A model generated the notes under the pieces. The model searched no databases, was not told the DNA's origin, and saw nothing but the letters and a program-made list of their open reading frames with translations. A stretch of 64,000 bases of DNA from the NCBI RefSeq assembly GCF_052425735.1, contig NC_135764.1, forward strand, positions 20,522,001 to 20,586,000, given 5' to 3'. Shown here one piece after another: positions 26,789 to 38,834 of the stretch (within the stretch, counting starts at the first letter, position 1; every line of letters begins with the position of its first letter). Position numbers and translations under genes: made by a program. The DNA comes from Oculina patagonica (taxonomy: Eukaryota).

Positions 26789-26809
26789 GGGGGGGGGGGG
26801 GGGGGGGGG
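26789..26809. repeat. Poly-G run (21 nt)
   Basis: Uninterrupted G tract. Confidence 0.9.
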
Positions 26810-27523
26810 AGCCCTCACACAATGATAGCAAGGATAAGGGAGTAGGGGTTAGAGTCTTAAAAGCAGGTAGGGTCAGACTCTAATAACTTGTATTTTCTTA
26901 TATGCATTTTGGAACCTAAGTTTTCTGTTGCTTGTAGTCCAAAAGTAGTGAAGGGTTGTTCTCCACCTACTTTTTAACTCATGTGAAAATTCCAGCTAAG
27001 CTTCCATACTTCCCTTCAAACTTTTAAAAAACATTCCAATAACCTTCCTTGGGAAAGAGTAAATTTGGGAGGACAGACATGCCCATATTGTAAGGGTGCT
27101 GTGTCACAGGCCTGAAATTCCAACTGCTTTACAACCCGTCACAAATGAATCACTTGCAGTCACTGTCAACAGTCATTTGATTTCAAGCTGTTGGGGTATC
27201 GAGTGGTCTTTGCAAGCATATGAGCACAGTGTTTTTCTTTGCCAGTTCAAGCATTGACAAGAAAAAGCTTCGCAAGCAACAAGCACTTTACAAAAAGCTA
27301 CCTCCACTAAAAAACCGTGCATGCGAGCACGAGCAAACGAGCACCAACTAAAATTTTGCAAGCATACCAAGCAGAAACCTAATTTTACGAGCACTACATA
27401 ATTCTGTGGGACCATTCACAACCCCCAGCTATGTTTGCTACAAAACTGCACCTTAAACTGCTCAGGAGGGGAGGGCGTGGCTCATTGCTGATGAGGTTCA
27501 GGTGAAAAGGGTGCAATCAGTAA

Positions 27524-27911
27524 GGCCCGGTTCAGACGCCGTACTTTTTATGAGCCGAACTCAATTCGAATTTGGACCAACCCAAATTGACAAAAGTACG
27601 CCTCTTGATTCAGACGCCGTATTTTTTGGCCGTTCCGAGGCCGTTCCTAATACAGTTCCAATAAAACCAGTCAAAATACATTATAATAATTTATGGATTA
27701 GGATCAGCACATGAAAAGTATGACATCTGAATCAAAGTCGTTCCAAAGGCGTTCCACAGGCGAAATTCTCGGCCAAGCCAGGCAGGAAGGACGGGTGAGC
27801 CGTTCCAAATTGAAACAGCCGTTCTAATTTGATTCAGACGCCGATCTTTTCATGTACTTAATTCAAGGAATAAGGTTCGGCTCATGAAAAGATCGGCGTC
27901 TGAACCGGGCC
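27524..27911. mobile_element. PIF/Harbinger (Tourist-like) MITE, TAA TSD
   Basis: TIR GGCCCGGTTCAGACGCCG extends imperfectly to about 40 bp. TAA at 27521-27523 and 27912-27914; internal TTCAGACGCCG copies. Confidence 0.9.
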
Positions 27912-29854
27912 TAACTTTTTTCATACAAACAGTTCAAGACCCACAACCTTTGTTGAAGCAGATATTCAACAGAAATTCTATTAACTCTCCTCCCAAATAG
28001 AATTATAAGTTTTGACTTTATAGGATTGGAAATATTGCCACACACAACACTCTTTTTTGGCTCTATCCTCATCAAAAGCCATTTACAGGAAGGAAAGGCC
28101 ATCTTGCAGTGGCTCTTGCAGTAGCTTTGCGGAGGTTTATAGAAGCAAAGTCTCTCACTTTTTTGCTAGAAGAAAACGCTAAAGCCACTACTTGAATGTT
28201 GAGATTAAAGATATAGCGCATCCTATATTTTCGTGCTCTTATATATCAGTCAAATTTTAAAATTTAAGAGCAGTAATTTCTGCAGTTTTTGCAACCGGTT
28301 GTATGTAAAACAAAAACATTTACAAGCGAAGTTCAGCTTGGTTCAATCGCAAGGGACGCCGCTCAAAAATTTCTTTACAGCGTTTGATTCAAAATGGCAT
28401 GATCGTTTACATTTTTTTATACCTCCACATCGAATACCAGTGGAGTCAAGAAAAACTACAAGGCTCGTTAATCGACGCTATAACTTTTTTTTAAGAACAA
28501 CACCGAACCGAACCGCGACAGACAGCCACGGTCGCGCGAGGCCGCACCATTTTTTTCTAGTCAAATACAAATTTTTGGAGTCAAGTTATATCAAAGCTCA
28601 ACTTTTTATCCCTTCCTTTAAGCAAATGCCTTATTTCTAACTCAACAATATACCAAATTAAACTATTTTTTTACTTGCTTACCTTGAAAAACCACCTATG
28701 CCCTTTAATAGTCCTCGTGCCTTTCTTGTCCACTTTGTTTTCGCTTGTGAATTTTCCCGCCAAGCCTTGAACGACGCCATTTTGTTTTTGTTGTAGCCGA
28801 TTCAAACCGAGGCTCCATTGTTTAACCAATTTTTGCAAAAGGGGAGAAAAGAAATTGAAATTTTTGAAGAAAAAAATGGGAGAAAACGAAAACACGGCAA
28901 AGGAATCACACCTGAGGATCCGCTTGACAGAAATAAATAGAAGTGGTCGTCAAGGAAACACTAATTATACCCAGGTCCCGCGCAAAGAAATACCAGATCC
29001 CGGATGTTCTTGAGTCACGGATCCTGGAAAGCATTTTGCTATTTTGAGTTAGAAAATATCATGAACGCTTTAAAAATGAGAAATTAAGTCCGTTTCAAAA
29101 GATAAAAATCTCCTGCCAGTGTAGAAAGTCTCGAAATCTATTCCGGGCATCTATTGTACTCTTTTCTAGCTATTCAAAATGTCCATCGTCTCGTCACGTC
29201 ACTTCCCGTCACGTAGGAGCATTGCGTGACGACCAAAATAACCACTGTACGGACTCTGCGCGGGAAAGAAATTATTGCATATCATCCTATTAAAACAAAG
29301 ACGTAGAGATGGAAACGCTCTCGTACCATTCTGTTTGGCATAATCTCCCAAAACCGGCTAAGGGATTGTCTATTTTTCAAATCATTTAGTGCCGCAGATT
29401 CTAGATTTCTTTTTTATTTTGGTGAATTTCAGGAATTTCAGCTTACAGCTACCTACTGAGGGTCCTAACTTATTGTTTTGTGTGATTGTTAGACAGTTTG
29501 GAAATATTACAAGAAAAGATTCGAAAGAATGCAAAGCTGAAAAAATAATGCAGTTGTATCATTTGAGCGCAATCGACAAGGCCCTGACATTTGGTGAGAA
29601 AAATTATCCATAGACACTCCGGCAGGGTGCGACTTGCGCTCCTGACATCCAGGGTACACGCTTCATGCTATTCAAAGAAAAAAAAACAAAGAAAATTCGC
29701 TTGTTTTGTAGGATAAGGCTTAATAGGCTAAGAGAGGCAACAGAACAACACAATGATAACAACAGTTTGTAATAAATAAATGTATTTCTAAACACAGCAT
29801 AAAGACATTACTTTTACAGCAAAACACTTCAGAATTGTTGCTACGATTTGAATA

Positions 29855-30335
29855 CCTTATTATAGGAAATTAACGCTTGTGTTAATTAAGGTATTTGAAA
29901 TTAACGCGACTTAAATTAACGCGAATTGAAGGAAAAATTACTTCCCAATATAGGAAATTAACGCGAAAGAGGGGGTAACATTTCAAAATGAAGGAAATTA
30001 ACGCAACGTACACAACAGGAACAAGTTTATTTCAACACTTGTAGGCGTATAATCTTAAACGAAAACAATGTTCGTGGTACTTTTCCGACTTTGAGCGTTC
30101 TTCACAGTATCAATGATAAAGGCAGATAAAATAATGCTTTTTCCTTGGAGTCAAGAACATCAGGACTGTACGAAAAATTGGGGCTAAAATAATGGAAATT
30201 AACGTCATGGAAATTAACGCTCCACTTAATTAACGGCGCGGAAATTAACGTTAACAAAAATTAACGCGACTTTAATTAACGCGAAAGTTTGAAATTCGCG
30301 TTAATTTCATGACGCGTTAATTTCCTATAATAAGG
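29855..30335. mobile_element. TA-TSD MITE with AATTAACG subrepeats
   Basis: TIR CCTTATTATAGGAAATTAACGC (22 bp), TA flanks, and about 13 AATTAACG motifs. Confidence 0.9.
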
Positions 30336-30423
30336 TATAAAGCCAAAACCTTCTCTTTCCCCCCAGCCAACAACACTAAGCACTTCTTTACACAGTATCC
30401 TAACACTTCCTCAGTAATCTTTA

Positions 30424-30743
30424 AGGTCGGGACACAGTCAAACCAGTTTGAATTCGTGCGACTGATCGCAGCGACAAAATGAGCGAAAGCACCGTTGTCG
30501 CAGCGTGTGCACACTTCTGGGACAAGTCAGAGCGACAAAATATAAATTAACCAATGAGAGAGCGTCATGTATTTTTGCCTTATTGAATTGGAAAACTAGT
30601 CACATTACCACTCTTCCAAATTCGCTGCATGTGCACCGAACAAGCGCCTTGTCGCAGCAACTTGTTTTGAAGTAGTACACACAGAGCGACTTGTCGCAGC
30701 CGGAACCTGTTGCTGCGACTTGTTGCCTAGTGTGTCCCGACCT
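30424..30743. mobile_element. PIF/Harbinger MITE, TTA TSD
   Basis: TIR AGGTCGGGACACA; TTA at 30421-30423 and 30744-30746; internal GTCGCAGC subrepeats. Confidence 0.85.
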
Positions 30744-30933
30744 TTATTACCAGCCCGGAGTTAACAATCATGTTTTTCTTTAGAAAAATTATATGTACCG
30801 ATAACAAAACAGAAGCACCATGGCAGAAAACCTAATAATATTTACAAGGAATTAAACTTATCAACTCCAAATTGACAATAAACTAAAATGCTCCATTCTC
30901 TGCCGCTGCGGCACAATAGTTTCTCCGCGGGAT

Positions 30934-30996
30934 AAACCTCGTTCCCAGGGCTTTTCCCTTGTTAATTTTGAAGGACAAGCCCTGGAAACGAGGTTG
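30934..30996. mobile_element. Tiny hairpin MITE in SMARCE1 3'UTR (Academ-like)
   Basis: AACCTCGTTCCCAGGGCTT / AAGCCCTGGAAACGAGGTT inverted repeat with degenerate 9-bp flanks CCGCGGGAT / CTGCGAGCT. Confidence 0.7.
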
Positions 30997-31263
30997 CTGC
31001 GAGCTCAGAAAGCACGAAAAATGTTCTTGCTCCTACCCAAATCTCTTCGCCTGTTGGTTTTTTTTTCCTTTTGGCCGTCACGCAAGGCTTCCTGAGAAGC
31101 CTTCTAGCGTGACGATCAATATGATTACAGTAATGAAAGAGACAACTTGTGTCCCCAAAAGAACTTGACTGTCTGTCCCCTTGCGAGGCTCTTAGCTCTC
31201 CAAATATTTCATGTTCAGTTTTTTACAAAACGAATTTTTCGTGTCAGTGGCTCAGTAGGTGCG

Positions 31264-34200
31264 TCAAGTCGCGGCTGGTTTACTTTCTTCCGGCGATGGT
31301 TCGCTGTCTTTACTCTTCCCTGGAACCACTTTGTTCAAATTCGTCTCGTTTTCACTTGGTGGTTCACACAGCTAGATGAAACAAACAAATTGTTAATTAA
31401 TCCTTGAGTCAGCAGAAAGTATTAGCTTCGAAGCTCGCGAACAAGTTCGCTACAAGTTCTTATTATCTGATCACAAAACATTGCAAACATAGAAACTAGT
31501 TCTTTTACCTTTTTAAGGGCGTCGTTAAATTTCTCGCTATCATCGAGAAACTTTCGCTTTTTGCTCTCGAACTTTTCTTCGATCTGTTGTAGCTCACTTT
31601 CCAGCTTTTTCTAGCAAAGAAAAAAACAAAAGAACCATAAATAACAGTTAAAGAATCTATCTTTATAGTACTGCCCTAACTAACATTCATTCGCTGGGAC
31701 CAAGTACTCAGGTGTTCGTATTATGGAGGTATCCTTAAGGAGAGGTTCGACTATAACAATGCTGTTAGATCTATCTACGGAAGAATTTAAAAAACAACAA
31801 CAACAACTAAACCTCTGTCTTACCTGATGAGCTATAAGCGACTGTACTTGCCGTTTAAGTACCCCCAGCCGAGACTTGGTCACAACTAAAACAAACACAA
31901 AACATGTGGAAGTGTTAGAAATTAACTTAAGCGAGGAAATACAATCTGCACTAATCTGAAGTAAGCGCAACAAACGGAAAAAACTGTCAACCAACAGTCT
32001 TCTTCATAAACGTTAACTACAGCACTATGTCAAGCAGGGCTTCTAAAAGCGTTATGAACGCGGACCCAAACGGTAGGTAACAGTGCAGGGCTACGTTTTT
32101 TTTTGTTAGCTTATTTAGCCTAGAAAGTCGCAAACGCCGCGCACAAACGTAGAGAGTCATTCAGCTTCACTCCTACTCACTAGGACACTTTTCTCTCTCT
32201 CCCCAAGCCTCTCCCGAGTTCGAATCCAAGGTGGAACTCGCTCAATCAAAATGCGCTTGCTACTATTATAATTGAAAGAGTGGAGTGGGGCAACATTTGC
32301 TTAGAGATGAAGTGTAACAGCTGTAAGCAACTGAATACTTTCGAACGACTGTTGTTGATTGAGCAAATACTGTAATTTTAAAGTATTTTATTGATGGATG
32401 GAGATATATCTGACCTGTTCGGACATCCCTGACCACCGTATCACTGAATACTTCCGACATCAATTTGTGATTTCGATGAAAACGAGCCGCGGATATGTGC
32501 TTTACTGAGAAAGCATCGTCTTCATCTGAGATGAAAAAAACATTAGCAAATCAATTACGTAGAGCCGAGATACCAAGGAAGGAAAGTATTAGAAAAAAAG
32601 AGTGATACGTTGTAAAGGTAACTGTCTCTTTCTGAGACCTAGGTTTCTCCTCTTAATGTTTTAGCGTGGGATAATACGAGGTACCATCTAAACTAGTAAA
32701 ACAAAAACTGCTGGTAATAAAAGTACCATCATCGTCATCCACGGGTTGAATCCCAAACCTTGCGTCATCTAGTTTCTGTTGAAAAGAAATGTGCAAAAAT
32801 GTTATTACATGATTAATACAGTGTGACTTCATGAGAAATTTATGACAGAGCTGGCAATACAGTCTCTCTCTAAAACGGACACCTTCGGGACCGGCTCCAA
32901 CTGTCCGTTTAAGACAGGTGTCCGTTTTATACTAGCCAAATATTTTCGGCCGTCAATACTTCGTTTAGGGTTGCACATGAAGAAATTAAACAAAACACGC
33001 TGTCGTGCTGTGTTAAAGGCATGAAAAATAGTACATGTATCTTTTAGGGGTCAAAAAACACTTTAGCTACACCCAGGTTGGTCTTCTTTAGCATACCCGA
33101 CCCCGACCCTAGGAGTTTCCCCATGGGTTTGGAGAGCTTGGCTGTTTAAATCTGTTAGAGCGGTTTTCACTTGAGTGTCGAAAGTAAATTGCGTTTGTTT
33201 TGGTTTTGCATTACTACGCTTAGTGATTGGCTTAAAAACCTCGTGCTTCTTTCTCAGCCAATCAGAACTAAAACCAAAACCAATCGTGACTCGCTCGCGC
33301 ACGTTTTCCCGCGCTTCGTGCCAGTTACATGTATTTGCTTCGAGTTTTGATTGGTTCACTGGATTGTCTGTGTCCTTTGTGATTGGCCAGAGTAATTACT
33401 TTGGTTTTGGTTTTACGACACTCAATTAAAAACTGCTCTATCACCTCAGTAATAATTCAGATGTATTTATTCTTGTTACTGCCTATCTTTGGTCAGGGTT
33501 ATGGAGACAAACGAACTCACCCCATACGGCATAGAACCCATCATGGCTCTTTCCATTGCTTGCTGTTCTTGCAGGGCTGCTTGTGCTGTTACAAACAAAA
33601 AAATTCAATTTTTGTCTAGGTAGTTATAGTGTAGTTTGTCACAGGATTCTTTAAACACTCTATTTAGAGTACAGAAAATCAAGCAAAGCATTCGGTACCA
33701 GGAAATTATGGAGGTGGCCAGTGAGACATTAACTGTGATGGGCACAGAACATAATTTTTTTGTACAGTTTAAGGCAAACAAAATTCAAGGACCTTTGAAG
33801 AATGCAAATGTCGAGGCAATCGATGGACATTTTTTTGGCAACTACAAAAATCGAAAAAGGTTCAAGTAACTGAGGGATTTAAGTTATTGAGAGTAAAAAT
33901 AATTACTAAAACAATTATCTAGAGGGGAATCAAAAAACACTTGAGTTACATGTAGCACGAGGTTCGAGTTATCAGCATTCAACTGTAGTTTTGTAAAGGT
34001 TACACATATATGCATGTACAGTCGAATCCCGATAACTCGAACCTTCAAGGGAAATTGAAAAAGATTCGAGATATCGGGAGTTCGAGATATCGAGGGTAAA
34101 ATTAGTAAGAAAATGACCTGAATGGAAATCGGAAAAGGTTCGAGTTAGCGGGAGTTCGAGTTACTGAGGGTTCGAGTTATCGGGATTCAACTGTATATTA

Positions 34201-37200
34201 ATGAGAGATAGCATGGCAACACAGCCAATAGAATAACAGAAAAACAGACAGATAAGTTTTTTATATTGTCTTTACCTCTTCCTTTTGCCACGATCCATGC
34301 TTGATAAGCTGGAGAGTTGTGGTAGGCCTTCATGGCTTCATTGTACTCTTGCTAAAAGGGGAGAACAAAAATGTTACAAACTTGCACAATCAACACCTGT
34401 ACTTGGAGGTAACATACTCTCATCAGAATAAGAATGACAGAGATGCACAGCAGGTTAAATCCCCCAGCCCAAAATAACTGGAGCTCTCAATTTTGATTCC
34501 ACCATGTGGAGGAATGAATTCCTAATCAGAATTATAAACAATATATGCCAAAAACAACTTTTACAGTTGCTCAATAGAATCTGAGACTTAAGATGGTTTC
34601 TGCCGAACATTCGAGCAATAGTGGCAAAAATAAATTACCACAGAGATCTCATAGCATGGTAACAGTTTGAGTACACCTAACAAAAGCCAACCAAAACTTT
34701 AGCTATCAAGCTGACCCCGCCAGAGAAAAATGGATTTGAAATTATCTACATTTCAGTTAAAACGGACGTTTCACAACAGTTTAGAACAAAATGGCGCACT
34801 TTTAAACATTTTTACGAGGTTGACTTTAGTTTTCTCAAGAATGCTTTAGAGTTTAATCGCAGGTGCTTAGACAACTGAATTTCAGTGAGATGTTTCAAAT
34901 AGTATTTAAAATGTTACCGTACTATGAGTAGGTGTTTGGTACTTAATTTTTGCACTCATTGCTTGAACTTTCAGTGGAATCCGTCTTAATCAAAACATTT
35001 TGTGATCTTTGTGATACTGATACTTTGCAACTGCCTACCATAAGGGACCACTTTTCCAAAAAATTTCCCAGTCAAATCACTATAAGTCGGAACCACCTAT
35101 AAGCAACCACCTCTTGTAAATGACCGCGGCCACTTTTAGGCCTTTTAGGACCACTTTTGGGTGATGAGATGCATTACAATCCTAATATGATGCTGACACA
35201 CTGAAACCTTTTTACTTAATCCATGTGTTCTTGAACAAAGCTTTTTGGGGGTTTACAGATATGCATGTATGCATGCACTGGTCTTTGAATGCCTAAAGGT
35301 TATGATGCAAATTTTAAAACCCCAATGGTCTGAACTCTTGTAAGTGACCACCTCCAGTAAGCGAACACATAAATGTAAGCTTGACATTTCAGGTGACTGC
35401 TTAAGGAAGGTTTGACTGTTTATCAGTTAAATATTACAATACAGGGATTATAACAATTGTATAACATCAAATTAGAACTTGCTAGTTCTACATGTGTTTC
35501 CGAGCCTCAATGTAAGCAAACAGTCTGTTAAAAAAGGAAGCTTCACCTTTTCAACTTCATATTCATCCAAGTGTTCCTACAAACAAAAGAAATAAATCAA
35601 AAGTAATTACCAATCGTAACCCTTTTCAGTTTACTCATCAAGTTTAGCCTACAGAGCCTACACCAAGTCTTAAAAATACCTGAACTTGCAAAAAGTACTT
35701 TAAAATGATGAATGCAGTCAGACTAAGGCTTTAAAGATCAATGATACAGAACTGTATTATTTATGCACACAAAAATCTGACTGGAAATAGACAAAAATAA
35801 TAATTGCTTTAGTAGAAAATATACACTTGTCTTAAAGGGAAATAGAGTTTACACTTTTTTGTTAAATTATTTCATACCTGTTTTTCCTGGTCACTAAGGT
35901 CTCTCCACATTTGTCCAATGATTCTACCAATTTCCCATAACTTGGACTCTGGATTTTGGAGTTTTACTTGATCCCAAACCTGTTCAATGGCAAATACGTA
36001 TCCCTTTACTAAACAACTTTGATATTAATAAGACTGAGTTGGATCAAATCAGTACCAAAGTACTAAAACGGAAAGCGGAAAGAGAGTATCCTACTTCCAC
36101 TTTACAAATGACTGGATGTCTCTCCCAGTATTTTTAAGAAAGCCAATGCCATGCGCGATTTTTAAGAAAAACCTTACAAGGTTCTTACTGGATAAACATT
36201 TTAGACTATGAACAAATATTTTTAGTTGCACAATGTTATATAATGTTAATAGATAACTATTTGTAATTAGTTTTTTTTAGGACAGTAGGTAGTTATTTTA
36301 TATTTTAAATTTGTGACATTTGTACTTCCTTTTAGATTTTAATACTTTTTTATTTCCCATTTTTTCGACGTTTTTGCTTGTTTACAAGCTAAAATGGTAG
36401 AAAAGCGGTTAGTGGACAAAATTTGGAACCACATATTTGTAAACTCTCAAGGGACTTTTTTCATTTCTCAAGGGACTGTTTTAATTTCTCAAGGGATTAC
36501 TTTCCGCTGTGGGTGACTCGTGGAAAAAACGTGACTTGTCACATTTACAAACGTTATATAACAATTTTAAAAGTGACATGTCAGCTTTCTTATCTCAACG
36601 CACGTGTGTCTGAAAGGCGATCTATAAAAAGCGTCGCACAAACAATGGATTGCGTAACTAAAACACGAATAAATAATCACTAGCACTTACATCGTTTAAA
36701 AATTACAAACGTCAAAAATAAACCATACCAAAAAACTCGCTTTTTTCAAAGATATTATTGAAGTTAAAACAAATGCAAGAGATGGGGGCTTCTTTTAGCT
36801 TAGGAGCGGTTAAAAATTAGGCCGTTCTATTTCGTCATCAGCCTAGGTCGGTAGAGACGAGACCTCGCGTTGACAGCAATGAAGCATGAATCGGCTTTAC
36901 AACATGCGATCGTATCTACGCAGTTCGAGTGGAATTTCAGTCAAAGACAGCAAAATTCTTTCGTATTTCATCTTCAAATATAATTTGAAAGCATTCACTG
37001 TATATATGGCTTTTGTTTAATCCTGGGTCTTGATATCCGACCCTCGCAGAGCCTAGACAAAACGCAGCATGAGTGTAACGATTTGTTTACGACAGTAGTC
37101 GGAAATATCCGTATTTTTTTTCGTGCTTTTTCGTGGAGCAATCGTAACGATACGGCCTTGAACACATTGAACAGCGGTCTACCTATAACAATTCAAATAT

Positions 37201-38797
37201 GGCGTCACAAAAAACAAAGCGTCAACGCATATTTTGCTGTTTCATTTGCTAATTTCGCTGCCGTAATCGACTGCCTCGAAAGGTCCTTGCAATTTTAAAG
37301 TATAGAATTGTCAGATCTCGGTGAAATTTGCACTGTTTATTTGTGTAATGTTAAGGAATATATGTATAAATACCCGGCGCGGACGAGCCATTTTTGACAA
37401 AATATTATGGCTGCATTTCCTCCGCGAAGATAGGAAATTGTTAAACTAAACTACAAAGAAACTGTAATGATAAGTTCGAAGAACAATGTACAGGATAAAC
37501 CTTCGACTCATACTTCATGCAAAAACGTCGATATCTCAAAGAGACTTTGATTAACCTTAGTTACCGTCGCTTGCATCTAAGCGTGAACACGTGCCGCCGA
37601 AACATGATCTAATTGGGTATCAAACGTGGCATGATTGGTCATCAAACGTTTGAAGTTTAGCAGACCGTAACGGCAACTTGCGCGCCAAAACTTCAACACA
37701 TTCCTGTTTCGAAACAGTCGAAATGGCGTAAAGATTGGATATTACCGAATTAGGTAATCGGAGCCGCACGAGACAGTTGCCGTTGGCGTCAAAGACGTGT
37801 GTTATGGGTCACGTGGGTTACAGCTGTCAAATGAAAAGGTAAACGCACGTGAGCACATTCCTTTGCTTTTGCTCGTTGTATAACCTGCGATCAGTCGACC
37901 GTTAATTCATTCACCGGAGACTTGACATGTCTGCGGTTTTATGCAAATTCCGGTCATGTCACGTAATTGTAATGAGTGCTGTTTTGGGATCATTCTCTGT
38001 TGTTAAACATCGTTATACATTAAACATGCTTATTTAAGTGAAAAATAATTGCTCCGAGACTGTTGATATCGTCTTCAAACAGAAATACATCCAAAAACTG
38101 CACATATTACAATTGCGTGCACAATCTTTGATTTGCATAAAGCACAGACATTCAATTCCCCAGGGGCCAGGACAACCATCCCGACGCACGTTCAAATTTT
38201 GGCGCGTTACAGATCCACCAATCAGAAGTGTTTTCATTGTTTCGACCAACTGTAAGGAATGTGCTCAGGTGCGTTTACCGTTTCATTTGACAGCTGTAAC
38301 CCACGTGACCCAAAACACACGTCTTTGGCGCCAACGGCAACTGTTTCGTGCGGCTCCGAAAAAACAGTCTACCTAATTCGGTAGTATCAAGACTTCCTTT
38401 GACAAATTGATCCTGATCTGTGTCGATATGCATTTGCAGGTTCACTTGAATCACTTCTGGTGCAAAGTTTCGCCTGTTCTCAGTGTTTATGGTGAGCATT
38501 TTGAGCGTGAAAGTTGCCGTTACGGTCTGCTAAACTTCAATGTTTCATGACAAAACATGCCATGTTTGATATCCAATTAGATCATGTTTCGGCGGCTCGT
38601 GTTCATGCTTAGATGTAAGCGACGGTAGTAGTATTTTAATTCTTGTCCTAGTTTTTAATCTTAGTTAGCATACAACATAGGTTTTGTCTTTTTATTGTAT
38701 TTTAGATTTTAATGTATTTTAATGTTTAACATTTATTTTCTCAGACGACCCTCTTGAAAACCACCCCCTAGGTGATTGGAGGCCTCCTCTTAAAATA

Positions 38798-38834
<37 letters not shown>

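Larger units (their letters stand above)
36050..38830 (+). mobile_element. 5'-truncated CR1/L2-type LINE remnant split by two insertions
   Basis: 36050-36211 translates [53 protein letters not shown], resembling a LINE ORF2 C-terminus (KT..GKR..Y....WNSLP....FKK.L). A T-rich 3'UTR runs to 36342, resumes at 38629 and ends in (TTA)n at about 38796-38830. Confidence 0.7.

Noticed and set aside
27100-29150. Possible large decayed DNA transposon around the 27524 MITE
   Set aside because: I could not define matching termini or a TSD.
31252-31266. SMARCE1 stop in leaky TGA-C context
   Set aside because: Readthrough would add only a few residues before another TGA.
32200-32245. GTTCGAATCC B-box suggesting a tRNA gene
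   Set aside because: There is no A box or cloverleaf; it is more likely a repeat fragment.
33063-33429. ORFs of 98 and 84 aa
   Set aside because: They lie mostly within a MITE in a SMARCE1 intron and are spurious translations of a repeat.
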